From: Candidatus Omnitrophota bacterium | Lineage (GTDB): Bacteria; Omnitrophota; Gorgyraeia; 2-01-FULL-45-10 | Length of the DNA stretch: 32,000 bases | Reading direction: 5' to 3' | NCBI GenBank assembly: GCA_023818895.1 | Contig: JAMWCX010000002.1 | Location: 90,001-122,000, forward strand | Shown: in pieces, positions 27,742-32,000 of the stretch | Layout of the letters: every line of letters starts with the position of its first letter | How positions within the stretch are numbered: the first letter of the stretch is position 1 | The notes under the pieces: model-generated | Seen by the model: only the letters and a program-made list of their open reading frames with translations | Told to the model about the DNA's origin: nothing | Databases searched by the model: none | Program-made: the position numbers and the translations under genes

Positions 27742-28551
27742 TTATTTCACCTTAACACCGCTTCTTGTGATCTCGATATTTTTCATTAGGCCGGTACCTG
27801 GAGAACCGAGTGATTTGCCGTTCAGGACAAGCTCTATGGCTTCTCCTTTGGCAACGTAGATGTTGATTACATTCTCGGCGGTAAATTCTTCGGCTGTACC
27901 CTTATCCAGCACCCTTTCGAAAAGCAAGTTGCGGTCGGTCTTTAGCTTGACAAATACGCGCTGATTCACCTTAAGGAGGAGCTTTAAAGGAACATTTCGA
28001 GGTATTGATATTTTCTGGGCGATCGCCTTTTCAGAGGTCTTTTTCAGACTCTTACCCTTTACTGGAGCGGCCTTCGACTCCATAGCAGCGCGCGAAGAAA
28101 GAGCCTTCCCTCCAAGGAAGCTTTTCATCTTAACACCAAGAAATATAACTACTGATATGGCAGCTATCCCTATAGCTATGAATTTTACGGTGGAAATAAC
28201 GGCCGGTGATAACAAGAACCTTCTGTTTTCAGCTGCGAGAGGTATAGATGGCCGGCCTTCCGTCTTTGCTGTTAGTCCGCAAAGCGGACAGAGCGCGCTA
28301 TATTGGTCGATCAGGTGGCGGGAATCGAGGCCGAGATATTCAGCGTACTTTTTCAGGAAACTTTTTACATAGGTCGGATTCAGCATCTCATCGCAACGGC
28401 CTTCTTCCAAGGCCTTTATTACGGTAGAATTTATACGCGTGTGGCGCTGCACCTGGTCTATGGAAAGAGATTTTTTTTCGCGCGCCGCTCTAAGCGCTTC
28501 GCCGATACCCGTTATAGTTGCCTTATTGTGTTGATTGCTCGCTTGGACCAT
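27742..28551 (-). CDS. rodZ: RodZ-like cytoskeleton-associated protein (N-terminal XRE HTH, one TM helix, DUF4115-like C-terminus)
   Basis: 269-aa ORF. It has an HTH segment (IGEALRAAREKKSLSIDQVQRHTRINSTVIKALEEG) and a TM helix (VKFIAIGIAAISVVIFLGV). Its C-terminal beta-rich segment (VKLKTDRNLLFERVLDKGTAEEFTAE..IELVLNGKSLG) is as in RodZ. Confidence 0.75.
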   Translation of the reverse strand: MVQASNQHNKATITGIGEALRAAREKKSLSIDQVQRHTRINSTVIKALEEGRCDEMLNPTYVKSFLKKYAEYLGLDSRHLIDQYSALCPLCGLTAKTEGRPSIPLAAENRRFLLSPAVISTVKFIAIGIAAISVVIFLGVKMKSFLGGKALSSRAAMESKAAPVKGKSLKKTSEKAIAQKISIPRNVPLKLLLKVNQRVFVKLKTDRNLLFERVLDKGTAEEFTAENVINIYVAKGEAIELVLNGKSLGSPGTGLMKNIEITRSGVKVK

Positions 28552-30856
28552 TTTTCGCTTGATACTCCTCTAAGGTGATAAGTATATCACGGGGCTTGGA
28601 ACCTTGATACGGCCCGACTATCCCTTCATCTTCCATCATGTCTATGAGCCTGGCGGCGCGTGTGTAGCCGAGGCCAAGCCTTCTCTGCAGGACTGATACC
28701 GACGCCTGTTTTGTCTCAAGTACCAGCCTGACCGCCTCTTCGTAGACCTCATCTTTGTCAAACTTCTTAAATCCACCTTTCTTCTGGCTTTCGGATATCT
28801 CTGTTATGTATTCGGGAGAACGCTGGGCCTTGATAAATGACGTTATTCTCTCTATTTCCTTATCTGATATCAAACTGCACTGGGCTCTGACAGGATCCGG
28901 CGCGCCGGGGTCAATGAAAAGCATGTCACCCCTGCCAAGAAGTTCGTCTGCTCCATTGGCGTCCAACACTGTGCGCGAATCAACCTTCGAGGCCACCTTG
29001 AAAGATATTCTCGCCGGAAAGTTAGCCTTTATGACGCCCGTGATCACATCAACCGATGGCCTTTGCGTAGCTATTATCATATGTATTCCAACCGCTCTGG
29101 AAAGCTGCGCAAGACGCGTTATGGTGCTCTCGACATCATCCCTGGCAACCATCATAAGGTCCGCCAGCTCATCTATGACCACTACTATGTAAGGCAACTT
29201 ACCCAAATCCTGACCTTCCGTTGGCCTAGAGCCATTGCTGCCGTACCGCTCATTATAAGCGTCTATATTTCGCACCCCAACTTTGGCAAAGAGCTCGTAG
29301 CGCGAATCCATCTCGTTTACAACCCAGCCGAGTGTGCTGGCTACACGCTTAACGTCGGTAACCACAGGCGTAAGCAGATGCGGGAGGTCATTGAAAGGAA
29401 TAAGCTCAACCCTTTTCGGATCAACCATTATAAACTTTAAATCGTCAGGGCTGGCATTGAATAAGAGGCTTGTGATGATGGTATTTACGCATACCGTCTT
29501 ACCCGATCCTGTAGCGCCGGCTATCAGAAGATGCGGCATTTTGGAGAGATCCGCTACGACAGGGGTTCCTGCTATATCCTTGCCAAGAGCGATCTTGAGC
29601 TTTGACCTCATCTTCCGATACTCGTCTGAGTCGAGGACTTCGCTGAGGTAAACGAGCGTGCTCTGAGGGTTGGGCACCTCAAAACCTATAGTCCCCTTGC
29701 CTGGGATGGGCGCTACTATCCTGACGGACTGCGCCTTCATGGCAAGGGCTATGTTATCACTTAAGCTTGTTATCCTATGCACTTTCACACCGGGAGCGGG
29801 TTCCAGCTCATATCTGGTTATCACCGGCCCCTTGTTAATCTCAACGACCTTCCCCTCTATATCGAAATCTTTTAGAGTATCTTCAAGTATGCGCGCAACG
29901 TTCTCAAAATCCTCCTTAACCTTGCGTGCCTCTACCGCCGGCGGAGATTCGAGAAGATCCAGCGAGGGAAGCTTATAACCTGATCGACTCTGGACGGCCT
30001 GAGACGCGGCAGCCGGCATGGACTTTGATGCTCCATCAGTTGCCGATTGCGCAGGTTCTTTTTTCGCCACCGGCGCGACCTTTATCCTCGTCACCGCTTC
30101 TTTCGGCGGCTTTACGCCAAGAGAAGTCTTTATGCTCTCAAGCATATCCCTGGATTTTTCGGCTACCTCCTTAACCATAGCGCTCTTCTGCGGCTGGGCA
30201 ATATTTATAACGGGTTTCCTCTTCACCGTAAAAGTTGGCGCCTCTTCCTTCCGCGTAAGACTCTCTTTTAGGTCTGAAGGCATAACCAAAAAACGACGGA
30301 ACAAGCCCGAAAGAAAAGGTAATAAAAGAAATTCTGTGGCCAGAAGAAGCGATAAAAGGAAAAGGACCGCTATCACAACAAGCGCGCCTCCTCTGCCAAG
30401 ATATTTTATTAAAAAATCAGAAAATACCAAGCCAACGACCCCGCCCAGGCTGAAACGAAAAGAGTTGTCGCCGCTTCCGATCATCGCAAATATGGAACTT
30501 GAGGCAAGTATCAGAAAAAAGGTGCCAGATATTTTGAAGAGGATTTTTTGAGGGGTCACACCATAAAGTCTGGCTATCGCCCAAGAAATAACAAGTAGCG
30601 GGATCACGTAAGAGCTCAGCCCCATAAGGAAAAAGAGCGCCCCTCCAACGTACATTCCGAATATACCGGCGAAATTCCTAAGGGGCAAGTTCGGCGAGGA
30701 GGTGAACATCTTCAAATCCGAAAAGCTGAATGAGGCTAAACTTATAAGGATGAGTAAGGCAAGCGCGAAAAGTATTACCGCCTGTATCTCATTCCACCTC
30801 TTGCTGGCAGATTTTTCCTCGCTTCTATTGTCAAGTCTTATATGATTTTTCGGCAT
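28523..30856 (-). CDS. ftsK: DNA translocase FtsK/SpoIIIE
   Basis: N-terminal TM helices and a Pro/Ala/Lys-rich linker precede a motor domain with Walker A (LLIAGATGSGKT) and Walker B (YIVVVIDELADLM). The gamma winged-helix domain reads SVSVLQRRLGLGYTRAARLIDMMEDEGIVGP. I trimmed the track ORF (TTG at 30898, inside uppP) to the ATG at 30856, 2 nt after the uppP stop. Confidence 0.92.
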   Translation of the reverse strand: MPKNHIRLDNRSEEKSASKRWNEIQAVILFALALLILISLASFSFSDLKMFTSSPNLPLRNFAGIFGMYVGGALFFLMGLSSYVIPLLVISWAIARLYGVTPQKILFKISGTFFLILASSSIFAMIGSGDNSFRFSLGGVVGLVFSDFLIKYLGRGGALVVIAVLFLLSLLLATEFLLLPFLSGLFRRFLVMPSDLKESLTRKEEAPTFTVKRKPVINIAQPQKSAMVKEVAEKSRDMLESIKTSLGVKPPKEAVTRIKVAPVAKKEPAQSATDGASKSMPAAASQAVQSRSGYKLPSLDLLESPPAVEARKVKEDFENVARILEDTLKDFDIEGKVVEINKGPVITRYELEPAPGVKVHRITSLSDNIALAMKAQSVRIVAPIPGKGTIGFEVPNPQSTLVYLSEVLDSDEYRKMRSKLKIALGKDIAGTPVVADLSKMPHLLIAGATGSGKTVCVNTIITSLLFNASPDDLKFIMVDPKRVELIPFNDLPHLLTPVVTDVKRVASTLGWVVNEMDSRYELFAKVGVRNIDAYNERYGSNGSRPTEGQDLGKLPYIVVVIDELADLMMVARDDVESTITRLAQLSRAVGIHMIIATQRPSVDVITGVIKANFPARISFKVASKVDSRTVLDANGADELLGRGDMLFIDPGAPDPVRAQCSLISDKEIERITSFIKAQRSPEYITEISESQKKGGFKKFDKDEVYEEAVRLVLETKQASVSVLQRRLGLGYTRAARLIDMMEDEGIVGPYQGSKPRDILITLEEYQAKNGPSEQSTQ

Positions 30857-30858
30857 GG

Positions 30859-31629
30859 CTATGTTATTATTATAACGAGCGCACCAACTAAAATGCAATA
30901 TATTCCGAAGACATAAAGTTTATTATCCTTTACCACTCTTAAAAGGACATCTATAGCAAATAAGCCCACCACCATTGCGACGAAACCACCCGCAAGGAAT
31001 GAAGCAGCATCGCCCGAAAGAAGGTTATGGCCGATCCTATAGGCCTTTAAGAAGGTGGCGCCCAAGATGGCTGGTACCGAAAGAAGAAATGAAAATCTAA
31101 AAGCGGTATGATGATTAAGCCCTGCCAGTATACCTGTCGATATAGTAAGGCCGCTTCTCGATATGCCCGGAACTATCGCTATGCCTTGCGCAATACCTAT
31201 TACGACAGAATTTAACGCTCCTAGTTTCTTATCGGAATTGTGCCTTTTAAAATGCGAATAAAGGCTTGTAAAGATGAGAATAGCCCCCGTCACCAACATC
31301 ATGGCCCCAGACAGTTTTGGCATTCCGAAAAAATGCTCCACTGGTTCTTTAAAAAAGAACCCTATTATGAAGGTCGGCAGCGATGCTATTAATATGCAGA
31401 GAACGGTTTTTTTATCTTTGCCGAAAAGCCAATATATGTCACGGCGAAAATATACAATAACTGAGATTAGCGTGCCAAGATGAAGGAATATATCGAATGC
31501 CAGCTGAGGTTCCTTCAACCCGAAGAGCGCCTGACATATCACAAGATGCCCGGAGCTGGACACAGGAAAAAATTCCGTCAGCCCCTGCAAGACACCCAAT
31601 ACCACAGCCTCAAAAGGAGCCATTATCAT
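30859..31629 (-). CDS. uppP: Undecaprenyl-diphosphate phosphatase
   Basis: 256-aa polytopic ORF with [20 protein letters not shown] near the N-terminus and [16 protein letters not shown], the two conserved BacA/UppP motifs. Its ATG overlaps the dut stop (ATGA). Confidence 0.92.
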   Translation of the reverse strand: MIMAPFEAVVLGVLQGLTEFFPVSSSGHLVICQALFGLKEPQLAFDIFLHLGTLISVIVYFRRDIYWLFGKDKKTVLCILIASLPTFIIGFFFKEPVEHFFGMPKLSGAMMLVTGAILIFTSLYSHFKRHNSDKKLGALNSVVIGIAQGIAIVPGISRSGLTISTGILAGLNHHTAFRFSFLLSVPAILGATFLKAYRIGHNLLSGDAASFLAGGFVAMVVGLFAIDVLLRVVKDNKLYVFGIYCILVGALVIIIT

Positions 31630-32000
31630 CTCCCCGTATGACCGAAACCGCCGGCGGATCTTAATGTGCTATCAAGCTCCTCAACCAATTCTATATCGGC
31701 CCTGATAACCTCTTTTATCACCATTTGCGCTATGCGGTCACCGCGCCTTATCCTGAAAGCCTCTTTACCGTGGTTTATCATTATGAGGCCCACCAAGCCC
31801 CTGTAATCAGAGTCTATAGTCCCAGGTGTATTCACAAGGCTTATTCCATGTTTTAACGCAAGTCCGCTTCTGGGTCTTATTTCGGCTTCATAACCTTCCG
31901 GTATGCTCAAATAAATGCCAGCCGAAACAAGCTTTGTCTCGCCTGGCAACAAGGTGATTTCCCCATCAACATCAGCGTAAAGGTCCATACCGCTTGAGCC
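31626..32000 (-). CDS. dut: dUTP diphosphatase (C-terminal ~124 aa; 5' end lies beyond the window)
   Basis: [51 protein letters not shown] are dUTPase motifs 2 to 5. The frame stays open to base 32000 (GSSGMDLYA corresponds to motif GSAGxDL), so the M at 31988 in the track is internal. Confidence 0.88.
   Translation of the reverse strand, partial: GSSGMDLYADVDGEITLLPGETKLVSAGIYLSIPEGYEAEIRPRSGLALKHGISLVNTPGTIDSDYRGLVGLIMINHGKEAFRIRRGDRIAQMVIKEVIRADIELVEELDSTLRSAGGFGHTGR

Noticed and set aside
30018-30551. 177-aa plus-strand ORF
   Set aside because: It is antisense to the ftsK linker and TM region, and is basic/Ser-rich shadow sequence.
30857-30898. TTG start at 30898 for ftsK ([14 protein letters not shown]..)
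   Set aside because: It lies inside uppP. The ATG at 30856 follows the uppP stop by 2 nt and precedes the basic N-terminus and first TM helix.

Overview
This is a 32-kb bacterial chromosomal window in which every supportable gene lies on the minus strand. In transcription order (high to low coordinates) the genes are:

- dut (5' end cut by the window edge), uppP, ftsK, a RodZ-like HTH membrane protein, rimO, pgsA and pgpA.
- A 269-bp spacer of about 20% GC by hand count.
- One uninterrupted 10,551-nt ORF (14474..25024, 3,516 aa), followed by a strong GC-rich hairpin terminator.
- cinA and thpR.
- recA, recX, alaS, hisD, hisB, hisH, hisA, hisF, hisI, trpE, trpG, trpD and trpC (3' end cut by the window edge).

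The housekeeping genes are tightly packed, many with overlapping stop/start codons. I saw no rRNA, tRNA, CRISPR array, transposase or integrase.

The stand-out object is the giant ORF. By reading its translation, I find these elements from the N-terminus to the C-terminus:

- An N-terminal signal/anchor helix.
- A polytopic membrane block carrying an HEWVH (HExxH) motif.
- A degenerate metallophosphatase-like segment.
- An internal two-helix membrane hairpin.
- Three separate class I SAM-methyltransferase-like domains.
- A 43-residue acidic tract.
- An embedded XRE-type helix-turn-helix.
- A long helical region.
- An exact 13-residue peptide (WGPGTPHITQPPD) present twice, 705 residues apart. 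Nine of its 13 codons differ synonymously between the copies.

I do not recognise this architecture as a described family. The gene sits exactly where pgsA and cinA-recA are adjacent in other bacteria, and it has its own AT-rich upstream region, a TTG start without a Shine-Dalgarno sequence, and its own terminator. All domain calls come from motif reading only, with no database search, and need profile or structure confirmation.
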